A DNA stretch of 64,000 nucleotides, from the NCBI GenBank assembly GCA_963775685.1, contig CAVZJV010000014.1, positions 1,920,001-1,984,000 on the forward strand, in the 5' to 3' direction. The stretch comes from Candidatus Bathyarchaeota archaeon. GTDB lineage: Archaea > Thermoproteota > Bathyarchaeia > Bathyarchaeales > Bathycorpusculaceae. The position numbers and the translations under genes were made by a program. Of the stretch, positions 50,547 through 60,240 are shown piece by piece. The notes under the pieces are model-generated. The model ran no database searches. It saw only the letters and a program-made list of their open reading frames with translations, and was not told where the DNA came from. Positions within the stretch are counted from its first letter, which is position 1; each line of letters begins with the position of its first letter.

Positions 50547-51950
50547 CTACATGTTTAAGATTTTGACGGCTTTCTGGGCTGCGCGTTTGTAACTTTTTTT
50601 GGTTATCATACCTTTCTGAATACCGTTGAGGAGTTGCAGTATCATGCCTTGCTTAACGTGTTCCACCATTTGCTGCTCACTAATTTCTGGGAGGCGCATA
50701 CAGTTACCGATTTTTACGTTATAGCTGGCGACGTCAAACTTTTTAGCTATGTCGTAGAGTTTTGAGCCGATGATGGGGTTAGTGATGGACCAAGAAATGT
50801 ACTCAATTAGGTCATCTCTAAGGCATGTTCTTGCAAACTCTAAAGTGTTGTTAACTTCTTGGGGGGTTTCGTATTCGAGTTTTCCCTTTGTCTCCCACGC
50901 ATTATAGAGCATCAGAAATCCGTAGACTTTGATGTGGTGCTTCTTTAGCAACTCAAGGGTGCGTATGTTGTCGGCTTGGGTTACGTTTTTGCCTATTCCT
51001 TTAAGCACCCGGTCGTTGGCGGACTCAAGGCCGATGTGAACAAGCCAAACGTGGATGTCATGAAGTCTTTGGACTAATTTATCATTTAATTTGTCTGCTC
51101 GCAGGTTGCATTGAAACGTCATACCTTTGAGGTGGAGTTTTTCTATTTCGCTGCAGACTTCAAAGCACCATTTAATGTCAACGTTAAATGTATCTGAGCG
51201 CAGATAGATTTCCCGTATCCCTCTGCTGAAGAGATAACGGATTTCTTCGGCGATGTTTTTGGGTGAACGCTGGCGTATCCAGGGCTTTTCAAGTTTCCAA
51301 ACAGGGTTGGAGCAGTAAGTGCAATAGTTGGGGCATCCGCGGATTGGCAGCAGATATGCCATGCGTTTCTTTTTGCTTACGGCAATGTCGTAGTTTTTGA
51401 AATCTACTATATCCCAGGCGGGGAAGAAATCGATGTCTTTTAGGAGTGGTCGAATGCCATTATTTTTTTGTCTATTAACGGTTCCGACAACATCGGTTGT
51501 TGGTTGGTTGTCTTGGACTTTTTTGAGTAATTCAGCTGTTGTTTCTTCGCCTTCACCCACTATGCAGACGTCAATTGGGGTGTTTTTGAGGACGTCTTGG
51601 GGGTCGATGGTTGGGTGGGGGCCACCGGCAACCATAAACATATTCAAACCCAAATTTTTTACCTTAGCAATCGTTTCAAAGGACAATTCTCTTCTGGGTG
51701 TTGTGAAGGATATTGCGTAAAGGTCAGGTTTGATTTTCTTGACTTTTTCAAGATGCTCTTCCATGGAGAGGAACGGTTCAAGATACGTGAATTCAACATT
51801 TGGCAAACGGGGTTTAGCATACCCTATGATGTATAGAATACCTAGGTTTGGCGACTCCGTCACGGCTTCACCTTTTGATTCGCGACCAAAGGGTGGGTCA
51901 GCAAATACAACCTTAAGCTTCTTTTGTGGTACCATTTTGTTTTGTTTCAC
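50547..51950 (-). CDS. Cobalamin-binding radical SAM enzyme
   Basis: PNLGILY, GGPHPT, GEGE, RGCPNYCTYC, GLES. Confidence 0.9.
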   Translation of the reverse strand: MKQNKMVPQKKLKVVFADPPFGRESKGEAVTESPNLGILYIIGYAKPRLPNVEFTYLEPFLSMEEHLEKVKKIKPDLYAISFTTPRRELSFETIAKVKNLGLNMFMVAGGPHPTIDPQDVLKNTPIDVCIVGEGEETTAELLKKVQDNQPTTDVVGTVNRQKNNGIRPLLKDIDFFPAWDIVDFKNYDIAVSKKKRMAYLLPIRGCPNYCTYCSNPVWKLEKPWIRQRSPKNIAEEIRYLFSRGIREIYLRSDTFNVDIKWCFEVCSEIEKLHLKGMTFQCNLRADKLNDKLVQRLHDIHVWLVHIGLESANDRVLKGIGKNVTQADNIRTLELLKKHHIKVYGFLMLYNAWETKGKLEYETPQEVNNTLEFARTCLRDDLIEYISWSITNPIIGSKLYDIAKKFDVASYNVKIGNCMRLPEISEQQMVEHVKQGMILQLLNGIQKGMITKKSYKRAAQKAVKILNM

Positions 51951-52104
51951 CTATTTGCCATCTACTATTCACTTTCCGAGCGGGCGTATATATTTTGTTA
52001 CCTGAACACCCTTGTGGCAAAGCCCGGTTTTCCTGTGAAGGGTGTTTCAAGTAAACTTCATAAACAGCTATAAGAAATGTACACTAACCAGAGGCATAAC
52101 TGAG

Positions 52105-53232
52105 TTGGCAACCTACCTTGTAGTTCACCCATACCTCGACATCTACGGCGGCGGCGAACGTGTCTGCCACAACGTAATCAAGGCGCTGGTTGCAAATGGC
52201 CAAAATGTTGAGTTGTTGACTTTTGATTTTGACGGTGCCAGATACCGAGACATTGTTGGCGAAGAGTTTCCAAAGGAAGTTGTCGTTCACTCTTTGGGCA
52301 AACGTATTGAAGTTAAGCCACCCTTTACGATTTACAAGAGACACCGCAACTTCGTTAAGTTGCTAAAAAAATTCCGTGACCAGTTAAACTATGATTACCT
52401 GTTTTCGACCCAATCATCCTCTCCGTTTGAACCTGTCTTTCTCAACAAAGCCAAAAAAAACATTGCCTACGTTCACTTCCCCGAAATCCACTATGACTAC
52501 GCAAGAGGTACGTTCAAAAGAAAACTGTACCTTTGGCTGTTTAAGCACTGGGTGGAGCAGGGCATAGACAAGTTAGACTTAGTGTTCTGTAACAGTAACT
52601 ACACCAAAAAAGCAATCGAACGCTACTGGAAAAGCCACGGCGTAAAAGATCCCATTGTTGTCTATCCACCTGTTAACCTTGACAAATTCTGGTCGGATAA
52701 ACTGTTGGCAAAACGCAGTAAACGGGTTATCTACATTGCTCGTTTTATTCCAGTGAAAAGACACGAAATAATGAAAAAATTAGCAACTGACTTACCAGCT
52801 TATGAGTTTGTAAGCGTTGGTGGGTTAATCGATGCTGAGAAAGAATGGTTCAACAATTTCTCAGCGGATCTTCCACCGAACTATAAAATTAAAACCAACT
52901 TGCCTGGGTCCGAACTGCTTGAAGTTCTTCATGATTCCCGAATCTACGTTCATTTGATGGAGAGAGAACACTTCGGCATAGCTCCCGTTGAAGGCTTAGC
53001 AAGCGGATGCGTAACATTGGTTCATAACAGCGGGGGCATGAAGGAATTCATCCCTGAAGAGTTCAGATGGGACAACTATTATGACTTAAAAGAAAAAATC
53101 GATAGGTATATGCAAACGGGTGAAGACACCAAATGGCGTCCCAAACGTGAGCAACTGTGGAGGAAGATTTCGATGCTAACGCCTCAAACTTTCCAAGACA
53201 GAATATGGTCTGAACTTCAAACTATACCCTAA
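52105..53232 (+). CDS. Glycosyltransferase family 4 (ALG11-like)
   Basis: HPY..GGGERV, AYVHFP, CNSNYT, VVYPP, EHFGIAPVEGLASG. Confidence 0.9.
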   Translation: MATYLVVHPYLDIYGGGERVCHNVIKALVANGQNVELLTFDFDGARYRDIVGEEFPKEVVVHSLGKRIEVKPPFTIYKRHRNFVKLLKKFRDQLNYDYLFSTQSSSPFEPVFLNKAKKNIAYVHFPEIHYDYARGTFKRKLYLWLFKHWVEQGIDKLDLVFCNSNYTKKAIERYWKSHGVKDPIVVYPPVNLDKFWSDKLLAKRSKRVIYIARFIPVKRHEIMKKLATDLPAYEFVSVGGLIDAEKEWFNNFSADLPPNYKIKTNLPGSELLEVLHDSRIYVHLMEREHFGIAPVEGLASGCVTLVHNSGGMKEFIPEEFRWDNYYDLKEKIDRYMQTGEDTKWRPKREQLWRKISMLTPQTFQDRIWSELQTIP

Positions 53233-54086
53233 GTCTGCACGTAAGTGGCTCACAAGCGAATAACTGGCGATTCTGATAATTAATGCCCAAAAAAAATTTT
53301 GACGCTAAACTTATCAACATAGATTGTATTTTGATGGTTTCGTTTACTATAACGTCAATGAAGAGAAATATGAATTGATTGCTAAATTAGTGTACTTATA
53401 ACATTTTTAAACAAGGCACGGCTTAATCTGGACAGCAACTTACATAAGTTTTGGATCTTACAAACCGCCTGGTCAATAGCGCCACACTACATCATACGAA
53501 ACAACTCTTAAAATCGGGATATAAAAAAACGCTAAAATATGCCCCCTATTTGTAGATTGACTATCATAATGATTTTATGATTAAGGAACAGATGCAGGAG
53601 AGTTCCTGTTGAAGTCAAATGCGGTTTTTTCAGAACAAAAGCGCATTCACCTTATAAAAATTGAAAGAGGCGCCTATCCAATCCGAAAATTCGGAATAAA
53701 AAAAGAATAGACAAAATGATTTCAGTTCTTTCTTTTGGTGAGTGGGGAAAAGCGATCGATTCATGATGAGGAATTATCAATAATACCTGAGTCCCGTAGT
53801 TTTTATGCTTTTCAATAAGAGCTATTACGGTGTGGCTCTTCGCTCATTAAGGTTTTAGACGATCAAACCAAGTTCCAAATAATCAATTTAGGGCAAGTCG
53901 CCCTCGACTTAAATGGCGAATTCGCAAGGTTGCTCTCTTTTGAACTTTAACTTGAATTGGTTTAGTCTTTCATCTTCCTCTGACTAAAAAGTCAAGATTC
54001 AGGGTTAAATATATACGGTCGAACACGAATTACTTCACCATCAAAACCTCATAAGGAACAAAATTAAACAACTCGGATATGGTTTC

Positions 54087-54935
54087 TTGAAAGACGCTAG
54101 AGATACCTGGTGTATCCAGATAGACATAACAAATCGTTGTGAAAATAGATGTTCAAACTGCACCCATCTTATTTCGCATGCTCCGACATGGGATATGGAA
54201 CTGGATACTTTTAAGAAAGCTGTGGATTCACTTGAGGATTGGCCAAAAGTTATAGGATTAATAGGAGGAAATACAGCTCTGCATCCTCAAATTAAAGAAT
54301 TAACTGAGTACTTTGTATCAAAAATTCGAAAGAAAGACCAAAGAGGGATATGGACCTCGAATTTCTTTGGAAAAGAAGAGCTCATAAGGGAAAATTACGG
54401 TGTTATCTATTATAATCCCCATTCAGAAACGGTGGTTCATCAACCAATCCTATGTGCAAGTAGAGACTTAATTAAGGATGAGGCAACACGTAATAAGTTG
54501 ATTGGCTCATGCTGGCTCGCTGATCAATGGAGCCCAAGTATTACGCCAAAGGGCTGTTATCGCTGCGAAGTTATGGGTGCCTTTGATATGGTTCTGGGTT
54601 ACAATCTGGGTTTACCTATAGAATATGGATGGTGGAATAAACCCATCTCTGCTTTTCAAAAGCAAATTTCGACTTTCTGCCAACTTTGCTCAGTTTGCAT
54701 ACCACTCAAAGCTCGACGAGACCGCGACCAAAAAGATGACATTTCAGCATCAAACTTGGAATTGCTCAGAAATTCACCACGCATAAAGACAGGGCGATAT
54801 GTTCTTTTCGATGAAAAACGGTTCAAACTAGCTAATGCAAGAACAATACAATGGCAGCCTGAGAGATACCGTCGTCCAACTACCCTTGAGAGACTATATG
54901 CCTCTTGTAAGGAGAAGTTAAAGAAACCACATTAG
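54087..54935 (+). CDS. Radical SAM protein of unknown function
   Basis: ITNRCENRCSNC; additional Cys in SCW, YRCE and FCQLC. Confidence 0.85.
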   Translation: MKDARDTWCIQIDITNRCENRCSNCTHLISHAPTWDMELDTFKKAVDSLEDWPKVIGLIGGNTALHPQIKELTEYFVSKIRKKDQRGIWTSNFFGKEELIRENYGVIYYNPHSETVVHQPILCASRDLIKDEATRNKLIGSCWLADQWSPSITPKGCYRCEVMGAFDMVLGYNLGLPIEYGWWNKPISAFQKQISTFCQLCSVCIPLKARRDRDQKDDISASNLELLRNSPRIKTGRYVLFDEKRFKLANARTIQWQPERYRRPTTLERLYASCKEKLKKPH

Positions 54936-55124
54936 ACTTTTTAGTAATAATTAGGTTTTAGAGTTGAAATGAAGGTTTTGATTTAGCACATAAGCAAGAT
55001 ATTGACCTAGGTGATTGTATGACTAACTTAGAGTATTTGTATTAAAGAATCCCGTTACATTTCAGAAACTTGAGTCTTTATAGTGCCGCAAGTATTTTTA
55101 ACCAGCTTTAGCCAATGTGTTTGT

Positions 55125-56057
55125 ATGATTTCAGGGTTCATGATAGTCAAAAACGTTCTTGAGCAAGGCTATCCCTTTGTTGAAGCAATCGCTTCTGCCC
55201 TTCCTGCATGCGATGAATTTTTAGTTTCAGATGGCTACTCGACAGATGGAACTTACGAAATTCTAGAAAAAATTGTTGTGAAGAACCCCAAAGTCAAGAT
55301 TTATCGTTACCGTTGGCCTGAGAAAAAAAACATGACTGTGCTCGCCGATGTCACCAACGAGGTACGAGACCGATGCCAATACGACTATATATTTTCGGTT
55401 CAAGCCAACGAAATAATTCATGAACTATCGGCTACCTATATCAAGGCTCTACCAAGCATTTACCCAACCGTTAACACTTTCAGTTTTCCCTTCGTACAGT
55501 TACTGAACACCCGCAAACTAGTTGATGAATACCGGTTTCGCTTCTCAAAAAATCTTTCCGAAGTAAGCGCCATCGAGGATGCTTGGAGACTTGGTCTAAA
55601 CAAAAGATATTTGAGAAAGAAAAAACTAAAAGCTCTCTCAAACCCTAAACGGCTATTCAACTATTTAGACAAAGGCATAGAACTAGTTTACGCTAATAAC
55701 TGTCACGACCACCTTTCCAGAGCAATCTACCTTCCTAGGCCTATCTATCGGTACTGGGCGTTATTCCCCGAAAGTTTCCTAAAAAAAGCCAAGCGACATG
55801 CGGAATACTTCACAATGTCTAAATTCCAAGAGTTATTTGATGCATTAAAGTCTCGGGAAGAAGATCCTGAATTTTGGAAGTTAGCTTCCGAATTTTTGAT
55901 GGACATACAATACAAGCTTAGATACCACTACCCTGAACCATACGGCTTTGTGGATAGAAAAGAGCACCCCGCAATTATTCAAGAATTCATCGCCAACTCA
56001 AAAAACAAGCAATACTACATTAGAGAAGAACTGTTCGAACAGATTCGAAAACTGTGA
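55125..56057 (+). CDS. Glycosyltransferase family 2-like
   Basis: ISGFMIVKN, YPFVEAI, DGYSTDGT, QANE. Confidence 0.8.
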   Translation: MISGFMIVKNVLEQGYPFVEAIASALPACDEFLVSDGYSTDGTYEILEKIVVKNPKVKIYRYRWPEKKNMTVLADVTNEVRDRCQYDYIFSVQANEIIHELSATYIKALPSIYPTVNTFSFPFVQLLNTRKLVDEYRFRFSKNLSEVSAIEDAWRLGLNKRYLRKKKLKALSNPKRLFNYLDKGIELVYANNCHDHLSRAIYLPRPIYRYWALFPESFLKKAKRHAEYFTMSKFQELFDALKSREEDPEFWKLASEFLMDIQYKLRYHYPEPYGFVDRKEHPAIIQEFIANSKNKQYYIREELFEQIRKL

Positions 56058-56166
56058 GGTACCATATTTTGCGCCTGAGAATACACAGATAAGTTTTCAT
56101 AAAAGAAGCAAGAATAAGAATGCGAAACGCAAAACAGCGCCAATGGTAACGTGGAGACCTCTCTAG

Positions 56167-56796
56167 TTGAGTGAGCAACCAACAATTAAACTTAGAATTG
56201 ACGTGGATTATCCTTATCCCTCATCAAGAGCTAAAAGTTTTTTCTATGTAGTGCTTGGCATCAAAACACGCAAAGATAAAAGTTACCTCAGAAATGCCCG
56301 TATTATTGCCCAGATGATAAACGGGTCACAGAAAAAAGTCATGGCATATTGGTTCTTCACTCCTTACACAATCCCAGACAAAAACCTTCTTGACCTGCTT
56401 GATCCCGTGCGGCATGAAGTTGGTTTGCATATTGCTAATAATGCAGTCAAGGAATGGAAAATGCTTGAAAAAGCAACAGGAAGGGCAATCCAATACTACA
56501 CTTTCCATGGCACCTCAAACACAATTGCCCGACTGTTGTGGAGACGTAAACTAGGCCAAAAACAGGCAACAGTTCCAGGCGATTTTCCAGTTAAATCCTT
56601 CCATGAATTCACAACAACAGGTTTAGACAGGCGCGTCTTTGAAGCTGGGTTGGATTCGGTTAAAAAAGAAGCGAAAATCTGGATCAGTCAAGGCACTGTT
56701 ATATCGATTCATCCTGAATGGCTCTTTAAAAAGGGTGAAAAGAATCGCCGAGGCCCTTTTTATGAGGCATTAAAATTAATTTTGGGGGTGGACTAA
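56167..56796 (+). CDS. Polysaccharide-deacetylase-like domain (probably the N-terminal part of a fusion)
   Basis: LRIDVD, HEVGLH, FHG, IHPEW. Confidence 0.7.
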   Translation: MSEQPTIKLRIDVDYPYPSSRAKSFFYVVLGIKTRKDKSYLRNARIIAQMINGSQKKVMAYWFFTPYTIPDKNLLDLLDPVRHEVGLHIANNAVKEWKMLEKATGRAIQYYTFHGTSNTIARLLWRRKLGQKQATVPGDFPVKSFHEFTTTGLDRRVFEAGLDSVKKEAKIWISQGTVISIHPEWLFKKGEKNRRGPFYEALKLILGVD

Positions 56797-57667
56797 AACG
56801 CTTGAAGCCCAACGGATAAGGAAAAAGCTGTTTTTCCGAATAGCCCAAGACAATCAGGAATACGAGAAAGATGTGTTTACAACTGAGGATCTTGTTAAAA
56901 AGTTAGGTCAACAAGGAGTCGATATCTTTACTTTCCTTGAAAGAACTTGGTGTTGCCCCATCTCTAACCCACCAGTCAACTGGAAAAGAACCGATGACAA
57001 TGTGGGTTTGATGGAAATAACGACTTTTGATGCTTGGTTTAATGCTGTGGGAAAAAAAACACGTAACATGGTTCGCCGTGCCGAGAAATGTGGCGTAAAA
57101 GTAAGTGTTGTGCAGCCTGATGAAAAGCTGGCGGAGGGGATTTGGAAAATCTACAATGAAACACCCATTCGGCAGGGCAGAGCTTTTCCGCATTATGGGG
57201 AATCAATCAAATCCGTTACCGATAACATGTTGTTGGCAAAAAAATCCACTTTCATCGGCGCCTACCTCAAGGGTGACCTCCTCGGATTCATCCAGATAAT
57301 CTACGGCAACCAAATAGCCATCATCTCACAGATTCTTTCGATGCAGAAGCATTGGGATAAATCATTAAACAACGCGCTTCTCGCAAAAGCAGTGGAAGTC
57401 TGCGTAGGCCACGGCGTCAGGTGGCTCATGTATGGACGCATAGGCAATCATCCCTCACTTGACAGGTTCAAAGAAAGCAACGGATTCGCCAGATATCCGA
57501 TAACTCGTTACTACGTGCCCATAACATGGAAGGGAAGACTTGCGATACGTTTAGGTCTGCACAAAGAGTTCAAAGATGCTTTGCCACAACCGCTTAAGGA
57601 TCCTCTTATTCCAGTTTTTAACTGGATAAGCCGAAACAAGACGCCACTAAAGCTTCGCAGAAAATAG
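56795..57667 (+). CDS. GNAT/FemAB-like acyltransferase domain (probably the C-terminal part of a fusion)
   Basis: KKTRNMVRRAEKCGV, SLDRFKESNGF; frame open from 56780, before the annotated start at 56873. Confidence 0.75.
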   Translation, partial: KTLEAQRIRKKLFFRIAQDNQEYEKDVFTTEDLVKKLGQQGVDIFTFLERTWCCPISNPPVNWKRTDDNVGLMEITTFDAWFNAVGKKTRNMVRRAEKCGVKVSVVQPDEKLAEGIWKIYNETPIRQGRAFPHYGESIKSVTDNMLLAKKSTFIGAYLKGDLLGFIQIIYGNQIAIISQILSMQKHWDKSLNNALLAKAVEVCVGHGVRWLMYGRIGNHPSLDRFKESNGFARYPITRYYVPITWKGRLAIRLGLHKEFKDALPQPLKDPLIPVFNWISRNKTPLKLRRK

Positions 57668-57755
57668 AACTATCCGGCAGTGAGCAAAGAGGTTAAATCA
57701 ACAAAGCAGAATATACATTACAAATAAACGCTGAAAGTTCACCTTTGAGGAAAAA

Positions 57756-58730
57756 ATGTTGGCTTATCCTCTTACCTTCATCATTATTGTTAATTGGAAT
57801 GGCAGAGAAACGTTGCGTAAGTGCCTCTTCTCTCTTTTTGCCAACACACAAAGCTCCGAGTTCAGAGTAGTGGTAGTTGATAATTCAAGCACCGATGAGT
57901 CAATAGAGATGCTGCAAAAAAACTTTCCTCAAGTCCAACTGATAACTAACGAAGCGAATATGGGTTTCTCCTTTGCAAACAATCAAGGCATCCAGATTGC
58001 CCTTGCAAACGGCGCAAAGCAGATTTTGCTCCTAAACAACGACATAGAAATCACCGATAGGAAATGGCTCGAAACTCTCACTGCTGTTTTAGAGTTCGAC
58101 CCTAAGGTAGGTATTGTAGGCTGTAAACTGCTCTTTCCAGACGGCAAAATTCAGCATGCAGGTGGAAAAATTGCGTTAAGAGGTGCTTACCACCGTGGAG
58201 AAAACGAAGAAGACCTAGGACAGTATGACAAAGTTGAATTTGTTGACTATGTAACTGGCGCAGCTTTGCTCGTTAAAATAGAAGTTATAACTAAAATTGG
58301 GTTTTTAGATGTGGGTTTCACACCGCTTTATTGCGAAGACACTGACTGGTGTGTTCGAGCAAGACTTTACGGATACAAAATCGCATACACGCCTCACCCA
58401 ACGCTCTTCCACCATTGCGGTGCCTCAGCAAAAAAACTCGGTAGCACTAAAAACTATTTTTATTACCGAAGAAGCTCACTTCGATTCTTCTTACTAAATT
58501 TCCAAATGAAAGACATCCTAAAACGCATACTCAAATTTGAAACCAAAGCAGCCATAGCATGCTTTATCGGACGTAACCAAAATGGTAAACTGCCCATTAC
58601 TCTTAGATCCGATGCCTCATACAGGTTTTCGCTTTTACTCAACGCTTGGGCTCCAAGCATTCGAGACCTCAAGGGCATAATGGCTAAACGGCAACGGAGA
58701 TTCCTGTTGAAAACAAAACTTCAAGTCTAA
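57756..58730 (+). CDS. Glycosyltransferase family 2
   Basis: IIVNWNG, VVDNSSTD, NMGFSFANNQG, LLNND, EDTDWC. Confidence 0.92.
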   Translation: MLAYPLTFIIIVNWNGRETLRKCLFSLFANTQSSEFRVVVVDNSSTDESIEMLQKNFPQVQLITNEANMGFSFANNQGIQIALANGAKQILLLNNDIEITDRKWLETLTAVLEFDPKVGIVGCKLLFPDGKIQHAGGKIALRGAYHRGENEEDLGQYDKVEFVDYVTGAALLVKIEVITKIGFLDVGFTPLYCEDTDWCVRARLYGYKIAYTPHPTLFHHCGASAKKLGSTKNYFYYRRSSLRFFLLNFQMKDILKRILKFETKAAIACFIGRNQNGKLPITLRSDASYRFSLLLNAWAPSIRDLKGIMAKRQRRFLLKTKLQV

Positions 58731-58741
58731 ACTGATCTTAT

Positions 58742-59896
58742 TTACAAGAATCGTTCGTATAGCGTCGCAAGTTGCTTTGCGACTTTGTTTGCTTCAAAAG
58801 TCTCAAGAACCCATACACGCCCATTTTTTCCGAACTGCTCTCTCTTTTCTTTATTAAGCAACAGCTCTTCTATTGCCGACCGAAGAGCTACAGGGCTTTT
58901 TTGTTCAACTAAAATGCCGGTTACACCATTCTTAACAACTTCTGGAATTGAACCTGTGAATGTTGAGACTACGGGTTTTTCACATGCCATAGCTTCTACA
59001 AGGGCGTATCCAAATTGCTCAGCCCAGAAATTGGTTTCAATGCTTGGTAAACAGAAAATATCGGCTAAATTATGAATTTCAGCCATATCCGAATAACCGA
59101 TACTTCCTAGAAACTTTACTGTGTTTTGGATTTTCAAGCTTTCAACAAGTCCCTTGATCTGCCGCCGCATGTTTGGGGTGCCTGAGCCAGCGACTAAGAG
59201 TTCGATGTTTTGGTGGCTCTTTATCATTAAGGCAAAAGCTTTCAACAAATCAAATAATCCCTTCTCGGGAGTGAGTCGTCCGACGAAGAGGATTTTTGTA
59301 GCTTCGTCTGAGACGCCGAATTTGTTGGTTGCCGTTTTCACTGTTGGTTTGAACCTGTTGCAGTCCATACCTGCGGGAATTACAGATATTTTCTTTTGGT
59401 TGACTCCTTCTTTTGTAAGTGCTTCTTTGGCTTTTTCTGTTATAGCAATGAAGTGGGTTACGTGTTGGCGATTGTATTCTTGGATTCTTATGTAGGGGTT
59501 GCCTTTAATGTTGAAGGGTATGTTTTCCCACTGTGTGGCTACTGTTGGTTTGCCTGTTTTTACAGCTTGATATGTGAACGGGTACCAAATGTCGGCGGAG
59601 TGGATTATGTCAAGGTCTTCGGTAAGTTTTTTTAAGCCGATGACTCGGAGGTTCCATGATTCAAAGTTGTATTTTGTAGCTCTGCCAACCAAGGAGAAAA
59701 ACGGCTTCAGTCCACCTTTTGTTAAGGTTCGCAGGTTGTGTCCTGCTCTTATCGGAAACGTGATTTCTGGTAGCTGCTTCTCTTTGTCGTGTGTGGTGAT
59801 GCCTATTGGTTGAAAGCCATAGTTGGTGAGTTTCTCAAAGTATTGTCCTTCGTATGGGTTTAGGTTTGGACCCCTTAAGATGCCGACTTTATGCAA
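58742..59896 (-). CDS. Glycosyltransferase family 4
   Basis: FVGRLTPEKG, EQFGYALVEAMAC, GSIPEV. Confidence 0.92.
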   Translation of the reverse strand: MHKVGILRGPNLNPYEGQYFEKLTNYGFQPIGITTHDKEKQLPEITFPIRAGHNLRTLTKGGLKPFFSLVGRATKYNFESWNLRVIGLKKLTEDLDIIHSADIWYPFTYQAVKTGKPTVATQWENIPFNIKGNPYIRIQEYNRQHVTHFIAITEKAKEALTKEGVNQKKISVIPAGMDCNRFKPTVKTATNKFGVSDEATKILFVGRLTPEKGLFDLLKAFALMIKSHQNIELLVAGSGTPNMRRQIKGLVESLKIQNTVKFLGSIGYSDMAEIHNLADIFCLPSIETNFWAEQFGYALVEAMACEKPVVSTFTGSIPEVVKNGVTGILVEQKSPVALRSAIEELLLNKEKREQFGKNGRVWVLETFEANKVAKQLATLYERFL

Positions 59897-59970
59897 GTTG
59901 AGCTCATACCAGCCTATTCATGATTAACTCTTAAGTGTGAGCTAAAATAGCTTTGCACGATAGCTGGCTA

Positions 59971-60240
59971 TCATAGGAGAAGTTCTCCGAGAAGCTTGTT
60001 TAGTTCTTCTCGGTTTTTGACGCTGCGAAAAATCGCTTTTCCACTAGAGTACAAGCGAAAAGATGTGTCATTAAAATTTAATTCAAAAATTATACCCGCG
60101 ATCTTATTTTTGAGAGTGGCTTTTTTTAGAATGCGGTCGATGACTTCATCTTTTTTTTCATATTTGAAGACTACGATGACGTCTTTTTCTGCGCCGCAAG
60201 TTCCTTCAACTCGGGTCACATAATCTTCAAGGGTTGCCAC
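59971..60240 (-). CDS. Small hypothetical protein with a single Cys (TCG)
   Basis: 89-aa ORF whose start overlaps the sufS stop. Confidence 0.7.
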   Translation of the reverse strand: MATLEDYVTRVEGTCGAEKDVIVVFKYEKKDEVIDRILKKATLKNKIAGIIFELNFNDTSFRLYSSGKAIFRSVKNREELNKLLGELLL

